Sequence record: NC_023719.1
Reading direction: 5' to 3' (one strand)
Length of the DNA: 64,000 nt
Shown here: positions 1 to 9,700 of the stretch, piece after piece
Layout of the letters: each line of letters opens with the position of its first letter
Position numbering within the stretch: position 1 is the stretch's first letter
The notes under the pieces: generated by a model
What the model was told of the DNA's origin: nothing
The model's database searches: none
The model's input: the letters and a program-made list of their open reading frames with translations, nothing else
Made by a program: the position numbers and the translations under genes

Positions 1-2
1 AA

Positions 3-248
3 CTAATCGCCAAAAAGAAAGATGATGTAGCAATCGAGCTTCGCAAATACCCTAAAATCCAAGCTAAGTTAATTGATATGATTAAAAATGGTGTAGAAGC
101 TACAGATGTCCATCAAACTGAAGACTTTGATTCTGAAATGAGCGAAGAGGACTTCGAAGAAATGATGAGACGCGAAGCGGAAGATATTAAAAACGGTGGC
201 AATGACGCTGAAGAAACTTCTGGTGGAGCAGAATGGGATGACCTATAA
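3..248 (+). CDS. 3' end of a gene entering the window; possibly the C-terminus of a RecA/UvsX-like recombinase with an acidic tail
   Basis: Open frame LIAKKKDDVAIELRKYPKIQAKLIDMIK...acidic tail...EWDDL* (TAA 246-248). The K-D-D-x4-L-R-K-Y-P-K-I pattern resembles the RecA C-terminal helix (KENxxxxLKENPEL). Only 81 codons are visible. Confidence 0.35.
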   Translation, partial: LIAKKKDDVAIELRKYPKIQAKLIDMIKNGVEATDVHQTEDFDSEMSEEDFEEMMRREAEDIKNGGNDAEETSGGAEWDDL

Positions 249-252
249 TTAG

Positions 253-277
253 AAGAGGACTATATGTCCTCTTTTTT
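253..277 (+). terminator. Intrinsic terminator
   Basis: AAGAGGAC-tatat-GTCCTCTT followed by a T run, directly after the stop at 248. Confidence 0.8.
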
Positions 278-343
278 AATTTATTCAACTATTTTAATTA
301 TAATTTATTTAATAATCATTTATTAAGAAAGGAAGGAAATAAT

Positions 344-730
344 ATGTTTTATGTATCTGTAAGTTACATGTATCCATCGTTAGAGTGGAAGGTAAAAGCA
401 GAGAAAATTGATATTTCAAGCGAAGATGAGGAAAGCTATAATATTCCATATGAATTAGACGAATATGAATTAAATTACCCTGTACCAAGAAGTAATAAGA
501 TATATAAAAGCGGAAGTAAAGAAGAAAATGAAGACAATTTATCTTGTGGTTATAGTGTACTAGATATGCCTCAATATGTATCGGTTGATAAATTAGAAGG
601 TTTTGCTTCTTGTTATACTTTAGATAGTACTAAATCAATAGAACTTCTTAAGGAATCATTAAAGAATAAATTAAAAACAAATATCGAGTTTTATCAACAA
701 AGGTTAGATGATTTAGAAAAATTACAATAA
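344..730 (+). CDS. Hypothetical protein, 128 aa
   Basis: ORF with upstream AAGGAAGG RBS; no family recognised. Confidence 0.75.
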   Translation: MFYVSVSYMYPSLEWKVKAEKIDISSEDEESYNIPYELDEYELNYPVPRSNKIYKSGSKEENEDNLSCGYSVLDMPQYVSVDKLEGFASCYTLDSTKSIELLKESLKNKLKTNIEFYQQRLDDLEKLQ

Positions 731-743
731 ATGGAGGAAAACC

Positions 744-1427
744 ATGTCTTTTAAGAAAAAAACTAAAGTAAATAATTTAGAATCATATCGCGTAGAAGTT
801 AAAGTGATGCATGGAGATGGAGATTTGTATGAAAAACTTACTTTAGGTCCATTTTCGAAAGAAAAATTTCCAGAAGTTGTTGGCATACAGACAGCATTTG
901 AAGAAATGCTTAATAATGATAAAGAAACTAATAATAGCCAAGAATATTATGAAAACTTACCATATTTTAGTAGATTTTTAATGCCTCATTGGAAATATGA
1001 TGTATTTGCTAAAGAATGCGATATTTATCGTTATGTAATGGTAAAAGAATATGCATTTTTCTATATAGATGAAAATGGTGATGAATATGAAATAGAGCAA
1101 CTTAGTCTTGATGATTTCCCAAAGTTTTATTATATAAAAATAAAACTCCGTGACGGGAAAAGTTTTACAGGTATTCATACAGAAGAAGTTGTAATAACTT
1201 ATTGCGAGCTAGAAGAAGAATTGCAATCTAGTTGGGGATTAGTTCCATTAGAAAACGGAGAAGAATTTGTTTCAAAATACTATGCTGAGAAAGAGATAGA
1301 TAGAGAAGATTGGATAGATGAAAGAGAATTTTTTATTTTAAAACACTTTGGATTAAAATTAGAAGATGAAGAATCGGAGTACGCTTATTATGATGAGCTC
1401 GAAAAAATAGAAAATAAATATTCTTAA
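744..1427 (+). CDS. Hypothetical acidic protein, 227 aa
   Basis: GGAGG RBS, co-oriented operon context. Confidence 0.8.
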   Translation: MSFKKKTKVNNLESYRVEVKVMHGDGDLYEKLTLGPFSKEKFPEVVGIQTAFEEMLNNDKETNNSQEYYENLPYFSRFLMPHWKYDVFAKECDIYRYVMVKEYAFFYIDENGDEYEIEQLSLDDFPKFYYIKIKLRDGKSFTGIHTEEVVITYCELEEELQSSWGLVPLENGEEFVSKYYAEKEIDREDWIDEREFFILKHFGLKLEDEESEYAYYDELEKIENKYS

Positions 1428-1445
1428 AATAAGAGGGTATAAGCG

Positions 1446-1760
1446 ATGGAACATTTATTTGAGTTTGATAGAAAAATAAGTAATTGTCCTATTTGTGATA
1501 AAAAATTAAAGTCTCTCGATGATTTTTACCAAGAATGTGGAAATAGATGCATATTTATTTACCATGACGTTCATTCTATCGTTTTAAGGATAAATATATT
1601 TAATACGGGTTCATACAGTTTATTACTTCACAATAATAGTCATGGTTATAGCAATGAAGACTTAATCTTGTTTAGTCAACAAGAAAGAGAATTAATTGAA
1701 GATATAGAAGAATGGAAGAAAAACGATAATTATCTTGTAGAGATTTTAAAAAATAGTTAG
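1446..1760 (+). CDS. Stand-alone copy of the C-terminal Cys4/WKxNDxYL domain of the 42.6-61 kb array family, 104 aa
   Basis: CPIC...CGNRC...EWKKNDNYLVEILK matches the array consensus, with no N-terminal variable domain. Confidence 0.8.
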   Translation: MEHLFEFDRKISNCPICDKKLKSLDDFYQECGNRCIFIYHDVHSIVLRINIFNTGSYSLLLHNNSHGYSNEDLILFSQQERELIEDIEEWKKNDNYLVEILKNS

Positions 1761-1773
1761 AGAGGTAATTATA

Positions 1774-1992
1774 ATGAATTATCTTAAATGTGAAGTTTGC
1801 GGAAATTACGATGAAATACCAGAGCGTACAATTAGATTACATGGGAAATTTGGTGTATCTTCTGTGTGCGGCGCCTGCATTGAAAAGAAAGATCGAGAGC
1901 AACTAGAGTATGATGCAAGTGAATGTTGCTATGATTCTGTTGAAGAGTATTTAGCGGGAGAAAATTATCGTAAGTATTTTAAGGGAGAATAA
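1774..1992 (+). CDS. Small putative Zn-finger protein (CxxC...CxxC)
   Basis: CEVC and CGAC motifs; GAGGT RBS. Confidence 0.65.
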   Translation: MNYLKCEVCGNYDEIPERTIRLHGKFGVSSVCGACIEKKDREQLEYDASECCYDSVEEYLAGENYRKYFKGE

Positions 1993-1993
1993 T

Positions 1994-2701
1994 ATGAAAA
2001 CTTTTTTAATACAAACAGTAAATAACACTATTAGACACGATTTTTGTTTCCAGTTAGTGGAAGCAATTGAGTATAACAATTGGTTTTATAATGACAAAAC
2101 GTACAATTATGTTTTATCTGATAGAATTGTAAGACAAAGTGATTTAATACCAATTGGTAGTCTAGAGTTTGTTTTTAACTATTTAGAAAAGCATCACCAA
2201 GTAAAAGACTTAAGACCTATAAATATTCCAAAAGAATTAAGAACAAGTAGATTTTTAAAGAGGAATGTTTATGTTGCGAATAAAAATGAAATTGTATTAA
2301 CAAAAGATAAATTCGTTAAGTCAAATTCTAGATACAAGAAGTTCACTGATGTAACCCGTAGGGTTGATAGTTTACCTGATGATGAATATATTGTTTCAGA
2401 TTTAATTGATATTCAGAGTGAATGGAGAACCCTTGTATATAGGCAAAGATTAGTCGGATTACAGAATTATTCAGGAGATTTTACGCTTTTCCCTGATGTT
2501 GATTTAATTGAAGAGATGATTTCATCATATAAAGATTGCCCACCAGCTTACACATTAGATGTAGGAGTTGGTAGAGATGGTACATTTGTTATCGAAGTTC
2601 ATCCATTTATTTCTTGTGGTTTGTATGGTTTTAGGGATAATAAGATTTTACCTACAATGTTTGTAGAAGCGTTCAACTATGAGATTAAAAAAGGGATATA
2701 A
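1994..2701 (+). CDS. ATP-grasp domain protein, R2K_3/DUF4343-like
   Basis: Motifs SEWRTLV, AYTLDVG and VIEVHPFISCGLYG are typical of DUF4343/R2K ATP-grasp proteins. Confidence 0.75.
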   Translation: MKTFLIQTVNNTIRHDFCFQLVEAIEYNNWFYNDKTYNYVLSDRIVRQSDLIPIGSLEFVFNYLEKHHQVKDLRPINIPKELRTSRFLKRNVYVANKNEIVLTKDKFVKSNSRYKKFTDVTRRVDSLPDDEYIVSDLIDIQSEWRTLVYRQRLVGLQNYSGDFTLFPDVDLIEEMISSYKDCPPAYTLDVGVGRDGTFVIEVHPFISCGLYGFRDNKILPTMFVEAFNYEIKKGI

Positions 2702-2717
2702 TTCCCTTTTTATTTTG
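2688..2717 (+). terminator. Intrinsic terminator
   Basis: AAAAAGGGA-tataat-TCCCTTTTT followed by a T-rich tail. Confidence 0.6.
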
Positions 2718-2788
2718 CTTAAAACTAAAAATAAAATAAATAATTAGTTTTTTTGTATTTTAAAATAGTAGATAAAGGAGGTATGAGA

Positions 2789-3013
2789 ATGAAGTTTGAC
2801 AAGTTGGTAGAGAGATGTAAGGTTTTTAGCGATGATGATATTTATGTGTATATAAAATTTCAAGGAGATTGGAAATATATTCCACTTTCGCATTTTAGTG
2901 GTGAGACAGTAACAAGTAAGTTAAATAGTATATCAATATTTGGAGAGCCAGATTACATCTTATTTACTGATGATAATGTAAGAGTATATATGAAAGACAT
3001 AGAAAGAGATTGA
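2789..3013 (+). CDS. Hypothetical protein
   Basis: Start moved to the ATG downstream of AAAGGAGG (ORF track start 2753). Confidence 0.6.
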   Translation: MKFDKLVERCKVFSDDDIYVYIKFQGDWKYIPLSHFSGETVTSKLNSISIFGEPDYILFTDDNVRVYMKDIERD

Positions 3014-3030
3014 ATTTAATCAATCTCTTT
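3003..3030 (+). terminator. Intrinsic terminator (near-identical to 3762-3787)
   Basis: AAAGAGATTGA-atttaa-TCAATCTCTTT. Confidence 0.7.
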
Positions 3031-3095
3031 TAATTTGATTATTATTTAATTTATTGAACTATTTTTATTACAATATCAATAAAGGAGGAATGAAA

Positions 3096-3761
3096 ATGGA
3101 GATGCTTTCAGTTTTATTCATAGTACTTATATTGTTTGGAACGTGTATTTATTTGTTTGGTAGTTTAATTGAAAGAACAAAAAGGCGAGAAGCTGAAATG
3201 TTAGAAGAAATGAATCAAATAATTGATAGCTTTATACAACAACAAAAAGAAGAAAAAGAAGCTGAAGAGAGAGCAGTTATAGTACATCTTGAAAAACAAC
3301 GAGAAGAAAGAAAGAAAATTAGAGTAGAGAAAGTATATCATGCTATTATGAAAGAATTAGAAGAAGAAGGGATTACTTGCATATATGCAGAAAGATCTGT
3401 GAGAATCCCAGATTGGATATTGAAAAGAGGTACAAGTTCACCAGTCTTAAATGCTCCTAGAATTTATTATAGTTATGATAGCAAAGAAGATATGCATGAT
3501 GCTTCATATAATGGTTTACTTGATAAGTATCAAGTGTTTGATGACTATGAAAAAATTACTAGTTATATACAGGAGAATTTTAACAATATAGATGTGGCGA
3601 AAGAGACTATTAAGAGAAGCGTAAGAACTCGTTTAAGTGCAGATATAACCAGGGCGTTAAACGGAGAAAGTGATGAAAGACATACTATTAGAGGGTTCAA
3701 GCCTGGTAGTCATTTTAGTATAGGTAATTTGTTAGATGATGACTACTCTGATATTTTTTAA
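3096..3761 (+). CDS. N-terminally membrane-anchored coiled-coil protein, paralog of 4110-4919
   Basis: Hydrophobic N-terminus, charged coiled coil, then ELEEEGIT...YYSYDSKEDMH; start placed after AAAGGAGG at 3081-3088. Confidence 0.75.
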   Translation: MEMLSVLFIVLILFGTCIYLFGSLIERTKRREAEMLEEMNQIIDSFIQQQKEEKEAEERAVIVHLEKQREERKKIRVEKVYHAIMKELEEEGITCIYAERSVRIPDWILKRGTSSPVLNAPRIYYSYDSKEDMHDASYNGLLDKYQVFDDYEKITSYIQENFNNIDVAKETIKRSVRTRLSADITRALNGESDERHTIRGFKPGSHFSIGNLLDDDYSDIF

Positions 3762-3787
3762 AAAGAGATTGAAAATTCAATCTCTTT
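3762..3787. terminator. Bidirectional terminator between converging genes
   Basis: AAAGAGATTGAA-aa-TTCAATCTCTTT. Confidence 0.7.
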
Positions 3788-3965
3788 CTTTTTTGCCAAT
3801 TTCCCATTTGATTTTTCCAAACTGTTTGCTTAATTTTTTTTTCTCTTCAAGTGCTTCCCATTTATAGCAGAAATATTCTGGTTTAATAATATAATCAAAG
3901 TTCTCATCTACAATAAAAATTCCCCATGAGTTATATTCACTATACCAAGTGATAAAACCTTCCAT
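3777..3965 (-). CDS. Small hypothetical protein, 62 aa
   Basis: Has its own RBS (AAAGGA) and a consensus promoter at 3987-4025. Confidence 0.7.
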   Translation of the reverse strand: MEGFITWYSEYNSWGIFIVDENFDYIIKPEYFCYKWEALEEKKKLSKQFGKIKWEIGKKERD

Positions 3966-3986
3966 TTCATCACAATCCTTTTTAGT

Positions 3987-4025
3987 TTATATATTAATTA
4001 TATCATATTTTATGAAATATGTAAA
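3987..4025 (-). promoter_or_regulatory. sigmaA-like promoter, conserved phage class
   Basis: Minus strand TTTACA (4025-4020), 17 bp spacer, TG-A-TATAAT (4002-3997), then TAATATATAA. Confidence 0.8.
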
Positions 4026-4109
4026 CTGTTTTTTAATTAAAGTGTTTTAGTTCCTTTAATTTTAATAACTATTTTTTCTAAAATATATAAACAAGAGGAG
4101 GAGAGAAAA

Positions 4110-4919
4110 ATGCAACTAGAATTTTTCATTAGTATTGGGATGACCTTAGTATTTTTTGGAACATCAATGTTTTTGCTTTCTAACCATGTAAAGCATTCAA
4201 AAAAGATGTTAAGACAGTTAGAAAATATAGAAAAAGATTTAAATGAAGCTTTAGATGAAAAATTTGAACAATCTAAAAAGGATTTCACACAAATTGTAGA
4301 TGAAGAAATTAAATCTGTTATTTCTATTCAAGAAGAAAAAAGAAGTTCTTTAAGAGAAGGAAGAATGTTAAAAGAAGCAGAAAGAAGAAAAAAAGAAGCC
4401 CACAGGGAAAAAATAGAAAAATTAATGAGAGATATTTTAACTGAGTTAGCAGATGAAGGTATATCTTCTATCACAAGTAATGAAAGAATCGTATCGAGTA
4501 TGTATAACTATAGTACAAAAACAATTAAGTATTTGTATTTTAGTTATGATGATAAAAGTGAAATGCATAAAAAATTATATAAAAATAGATCGAAATTTGA
4601 AAAAGAATATAAAATAAAAGCTAAATATGAAACATTATACGAGTATTTATCAGATCATTATGATGATAAAGTTACTGTTAAAGAAATAATAAAAGATGAT
4701 ATTAAAATGGCGCTAGGAAATGAGTTGGCTGATGCGCTAACAGGAGAAACTGAGAATAAAGAAGAACAAAAAAGACCAAGAAGGGCTGGTATTCAAAGAC
4801 GTCCAAGATCATCAGGGATAGTTGGGAATAGCAAAGGTGGGATTTTGGATAAAATTAACAATGACAACGAAGAGCATAAGAAGTTTTTAGAAGAATTAAA
4901 AAAATTGTATAATATATAA
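4110..4919 (+). CDS. N-terminally membrane-anchored coiled-coil protein, paralog of 3096-3761
   Basis: Hydrophobic N-terminus, then ELADEGIS...YFSYDDKSEMH; GAGGAGG RBS. Confidence 0.8.
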   Translation: MQLEFFISIGMTLVFFGTSMFLLSNHVKHSKKMLRQLENIEKDLNEALDEKFEQSKKDFTQIVDEEIKSVISIQEEKRSSLREGRMLKEAERRKKEAHREKIEKLMRDILTELADEGISSITSNERIVSSMYNYSTKTIKYLYFSYDDKSEMHKKLYKNRSKFEKEYKIKAKYETLYEYLSDHYDDKVTVKEIIKDDIKMALGNELADALTGETENKEEQKRPRRAGIQRRPRSSGIVGNSKGGILDKINNDNEEHKKFLEELKKLYNI

Positions 4920-4953
4920 AATAAAGTGTTGTTACGATAGTTAAAAATTACCA

Positions 4954-4983
4954 TTGTACTTTTAAACACAACTGATATATAAT
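4954..4983 (+). promoter_or_regulatory. Candidate sigmaA-like promoter of the SASP gene
   Basis: TTGTAC (4954-4959), 18 bp spacer, TATAAT (4978-4983). Confidence 0.45.
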
Positions 4984-5039
4984 TAACTCAGGTAAGGAAA
5001 ACCAATCCTTATCTAAAAAAAATCTAGGAGGAATTTCAA

Positions 5040-5285
5040 ATGGCAAACAAACAAAACGAGTATGTAGCTAGCGAGAAACTTCATATCCCTGGGTTAGAAA
5101 GTACAATGCAAAGTTTAAAAATGGAAATAGCAACAGAACTAGGTATGCCAGATTATGAGAATATGGATAAAGGTGAACTTTCATCTCGTCAAAATGGTTA
5201 TGTAGGTGGTCAGATGACTAAACGATTAGTTCGTATGGCTCAAGAAACTTTAGCTGAAAACTACAACAAAAATAAATTAAATTAG
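5040..5285 (+). CDS. Alpha/beta-type small acid-soluble spore protein (SASP)
   Basis: LKMEIATELG...DKGELSSRQNGYVGGQMTKRLVRMAQ matches the alpha/beta SASP signature; AGGAGG RBS. Confidence 0.92.
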   Translation: MANKQNEYVASEKLHIPGLESTMQSLKMEIATELGMPDYENMDKGELSSRQNGYVGGQMTKRLVRMAQETLAENYNKNKLN

Positions 5286-5354
5286 TATCTAGTTAATTAT
5301 TATTTAGTTATCTGAGTTAAAAGAAAATTAAAAAAAGAATAATTATGAATAAAT

Positions 5355-5387
5355 AAAAACCGATGAATTAATTTTCATCGGTTTTTT
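5355..5387. terminator. Bidirectional terminator
   Basis: AAAAACCGATGAA-ttaatt-TTCATCGGTTTTT between converging genes. Confidence 0.75.
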
Positions 5388-5775
5388 CATTTTCGTTAAA
5401 AGTGAAATTAAGTACATATTTACGGGGGATGATATATTCAACTTTGTATTTATCGTCTTCGTAATGTATATTTGATATTTGACAAAAATCAGTTAAATTA
5501 CTTAAAATGAATTCATCAAAGTCTGAATGTATTTTATCTTCATCACTTAAATTAGAATACACTTTTTCAGTTTTAAAAGTTACATCAATAGAATTTAATT
5601 TAATTTTGCTTTGTTTTAATGAACATTTATTTAGTTCATTGTCGCTTTTAAATTGAAGAAAATCCTTTAGAATGGTTTTAGCTACTATTTTTTCAATATT
5701 ATTTTTATCTGAATAGATATTGATGTTAATAGTTTTTTCTTGCGGACTAATTTTGTCTTTTATTGTTTTACTCAT
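5368..5775 (-). CDS. Hypothetical protein, 135 aa, coupled to the primase gene
   Basis: 4-nt overlap with the upstream minus-strand ORF. Confidence 0.7.
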   Translation of the reverse strand: MSKTIKDKISPQEKTININIYSDKNNIEKIVAKTILKDFLQFKSDNELNKCSLKQSKIKLNSIDVTFKTEKVYSNLSDEDKIHSDFDEFILSNLTDFCQISNIHYEDDKYKVEYIIPRKYVLNFTFNENEKTDEN

Positions 5776-6479
5776 TTTATTCTTTCTCCCATTCTTCTTA
5801 GTTTTTCTCTTAAGCTTAACATTTTATTTTGATCAAGCAAAGTAAATAATTCTTCTGGAGAATGTTTTTGAATCCAATTATCCAAGTCAGTTCCTTTTGG
5901 AAAGATAGTACCATTAAATTTAACATCTAAATCTCCAAGAGTAGGAAGATTTTTGATTCCTTCTTCACCTTCCTTACCAGCACTATCATTATCATATAAA
6001 ATGTCAAGTCTCTTAGCATATCTTGCTAATGAACCTAAGTGCCAAAGAGTTCCATGGGCTCCAAATGTAGAAGTTACAATTTTTAATCCATTTTGCCATG
6101 ATGTAATAACATCAATTTGTCCTTCAGTAATAATAGCTCTATTGTGATCTCTTATATCGTGTCTATTTTGCCATAAGCCAAATAAGATTTTTCTTGCAGA
6201 GAAAGGATACATATCGTATTTTGGTTTTAATGTATCGAAAACTGATCTTCCACTAATTGTAACTATTTTTCCATTGTTATCAAATACTGGAAAAGTAATC
6301 CTACCTCTAAGTTTAGTGTATTTTTTATGTCCTATAGGTGCATAACCTATAGACCAATATTCAATTGTTTCTTCATTTATTCCCCTTGATTGTAAGTATC
6401 TTCTCCCTGGTTCGCCAATAATTGGATGTTTAAGAGCCCATTTGTAATATTCATTTTCTAAATCAAAGTTATTCTCCAT
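5772..6479 (-). CDS. dnaG: DnaG-type DNA primase catalytic core (Toprim_N + TOPRIM), no CHC2 Zn-binding domain
   Basis: YLQSRGI...IGYAP, GRITFPVFD..GKIVTISGR, IITEGQIDV, LYDNDSAGKEG, KGTDLD motifs. Confidence 0.85.
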   Translation of the reverse strand: MENNFDLENEYYKWALKHPIIGEPGRRYLQSRGINEETIEYWSIGYAPIGHKKYTKLRGRITFPVFDNNGKIVTISGRSVFDTLKPKYDMYPFSARKILFGLWQNRHDIRDHNRAIITEGQIDVITSWQNGLKIVTSTFGAHGTLWHLGSLARYAKRLDILYDNDSAGKEGEEGIKNLPTLGDLDVKFNGTIFPKGTDLDNWIQKHSPEELFTLLDQNKMLSLREKLRRMGERIK

Positions 6480-6559
6480 TGTTTCACCAGTCTCTCTTTA
6501 TAAATAATATATATTTTATGTATAAAGTGGGATTTATTTATAAAAAGAGAGAAAAAAAT

Positions 6560-6593
6560 GGACACTTGTTAACTGACGATTAAGCAAGTGTCC
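6560..6593 (+). other. Hairpin carrying the motif GTTAA-CTGACG-ATTAAGCA (second copy at 14434-14454)
   Basis: GGACACTTG...CAAGTGTCC stem enclosing TTAACTGACGATTAAG. Confidence 0.5.
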
Positions 6594-6782
6594 CAAAGAG
6601 ATGAATAGAGAGAAAGAAATAGTTTTCTTCCTATTAGAGAATACGTGTAACTATTTAAAATATAACTAAAAAATATAAATTATTTTTTTAATTGTAATTT
6701 TATCTCAAGTTTGAATTATAGAATTAATGAATTCATATAAAGATTACAAAAATGAACATAAGATTGATGAGGTGGAAGAGAA

Positions 6783-9700
6783 ATGTGTCCTTCATTTAGA
6801 AGAAGTAATAAAGGGATATTTCAAGATAATAGTAATGTTTTATCTATTTTTCATGGTACTGATGCATTTTTATTAGAAGATGAGTTAAATGAATCTCAAT
6901 GGAATCATATAGAAGCTAGAGCTGAAATGTTTAGAGCTCAGTATACAAGTGGAATTCTAAGTGATTTCAATTTAGTAAAAGTAGATAATAATAGTTCTTA
7001 TATAGAAACTAAAGATTCTAAACCGTTCTATGTATTAGTAGATGGTTATTTAGTGAAAATTGGTGGTAATCAGTTTGGAAATATTTTATCATCAGATAGC
7101 AGATTGATATTTGATACAAATTTAGAAAATGAAGTTGATAAACTTCACTTTATTGAATTTTGGTTTGAAGCAATTAATCATTCTCAAGATTTAAGAAAAT
7201 TTGGTGGAGAAGATACTAGTCTAATAACAAATAAGATGTTGGACGATAGAATTAAGACAGAAACATCTAGAAGGATTCAAATGCAATGGAAAATAAGTTA
7301 TCATCAAACATTAACTTTAGATGATGAAATAGGTAAATGGATAAAAGTTGGAGATCATTTATACAAGAAGAATTTCAATCCTATTTATGACTTAAATGGA
7401 AATTTAACGAATCCTGGAATAAGATACGCAATAATTGTTGCTAAAAACAGTCATGTATCAGGAGAAGAGTTACTAATACATGAAGAAGCTAGAGTTAAAT
7501 TAAAGGAAAATAACGCATTTAAAGATTTAAATAAAGGTGAAAATGGAGATATTTCTTTTACAGATGAAAACAATTTATTTGAATCTGAAACTTTAAATGG
7601 CGCGTTAGATGAATTGAAAATTCAATCTAATAATATTGGAAAGAATAGAACTGAAATAGTAACTGATATTATTCATTCTGGTTTTACGAAGTTAGGAGAA
7701 ATAGGGGAAGATGTTATTCTTGATGATAATTATCTTATAGAAAGGAACAACTTTGAACTCAGTGAATCCACTGTATATATTAATGGTCAAAGAATTTCAA
7801 TTCCAAAAAGAATGATTAATCTAAGCGAGCCTCCAGAAAATGGTTCAAGAGAAGATTTAGTGTTTTTAGAGGCTTTTTGGACTATGAAAAACCCAGGTGA
7901 TGCTATTTATAAAAATAACTGCGTCGAAGATAGTATTGAAAGATACACCATTACTTATGAAAAAATATTAGAATGGAGAATTAGAATTGTAGATGGAGTA
8001 GATTTTGCTAAATTTACAATGGATGGGTTCACTGTAGATACAGACAACTTAGATTCAGATAAATACAATAATAAAGTTATACTCCCAATGGGTAAAAAAT
8101 CATCACCCATAACTTATAACACTTCGCAATATGATAATGGTATTATTAGATTTAGTAATTATAAACAAAATTCAAACAACGATATAGGTTTCTATTTAGC
8201 TGGTAATGGTGATGCAGAATCAAAATTAATATTAGATACTATTGATGGATATATTTATGCTATTCCAATGTTTAAAATTAAACGTAGGAACTCTAAAGAA
8301 TTTAGTGCGAATAACAGCTATGGCAGTTCATCGGTTAAGCAAGTTATAAAACAATACATTGATTTTAATAATGTCCAGCCAAATGAATTACAAAAATTAA
8401 GCTTAAATAGTGATTTAGTACAATATTTCAAAACAGTTATTGGAAGAAAATTTATATATGTGCCTGAAAAAGAGAGTTATAAATTTTTAGTTGTTAGTGC
8501 TGATGAAACAAATAATGTAGTGACTATTAAGAATATTGGAACTCAATTGATTGATTACAATGATGCTTACTGGGTAATAGTTAGTAGTAGACCAGATGAG
8601 AAATATTCTGATGTAGTTTATAGAGATGATATTATTGATCTTAGACACAAGGTATCATTTTCTAATTGTGACTACAAAAGTTTATTAGAGAAAAACTTTA
8701 ATAAATTATTAAAAGGTAAATTGAACACTAAAGAACAAATAAAAATGAAAAAAGAGTATATTAACTTACAGCCAGCCCAAATTGAAATTGCATCAAGTTT
8801 TAAGCCAGTAAAAGTTAATCAAGCGGATGGAAATTCCAAAAAATTAGTTAATATGATGAGTGGTTTTAGTAACAATAGTAAGAGTAAAATGTATTGGTTA
8901 ACGCCACCAGAGTATTATGGAGATAACCCTTTAGAATTTAAGTGGATAGAAGAGGAAAATGCATTTTCTGCAACTAAAGAATATTTTTGTTATACTCATT
9001 CAGTACCAGTTAACGTAAAAATTAATTCTTATTACTTAGCTGGTTTTAAATTAAAAGGTGGAACGGGATATTTTCATATTCATGAAACAGGAAATGAAAA
9101 TTCTTTCACTGATATAACTGGTATAGCGGAGAATGATGAATATCAAAATTTTTATTTACCATTCAAAACAGAAAACAAAAGAAGTATTTATTATGAGTTT
9201 GAAAATGAAAAATTAAATAGTGGTGGGACTCGTATTGGTTATTATGAAACGATGTTTAAAGATGTTTTTCTTTATGAAATAGATGAAGCAACATATAATC
9301 TTATTCTTAATAAAAATGTAGAATATGTTGGAGATAAATTAACTCAAAAATTCCCTTATGTAAGTAGTTATCCTACTGTCGTTGAAAACTTAATTCCTAA
9401 TTTGAACAGTGAAATTTGGGATCAGTATAGTAAAGCCAAAATAGTAAATGGAAAACTAGTTTTAACTGCTAATGAAAGTGAAGTAAATTCTTTTATTGTT
9501 TTAGATGGGCAGTCTTTTACAACTTATATACTTGAATGCGATTATATTAGTGAAGATGGAAAACAACCAACGATTTATACAACTAGTGATAAAGTAGATT
9601 GGTGGGAACTAGGTTTCGTCTATCGTCATGGATCGATAATTGTTTTCTATACTGGTAATTGGACTTCTAAAATAGCTATTGACTTTCACAATTCAAATAA

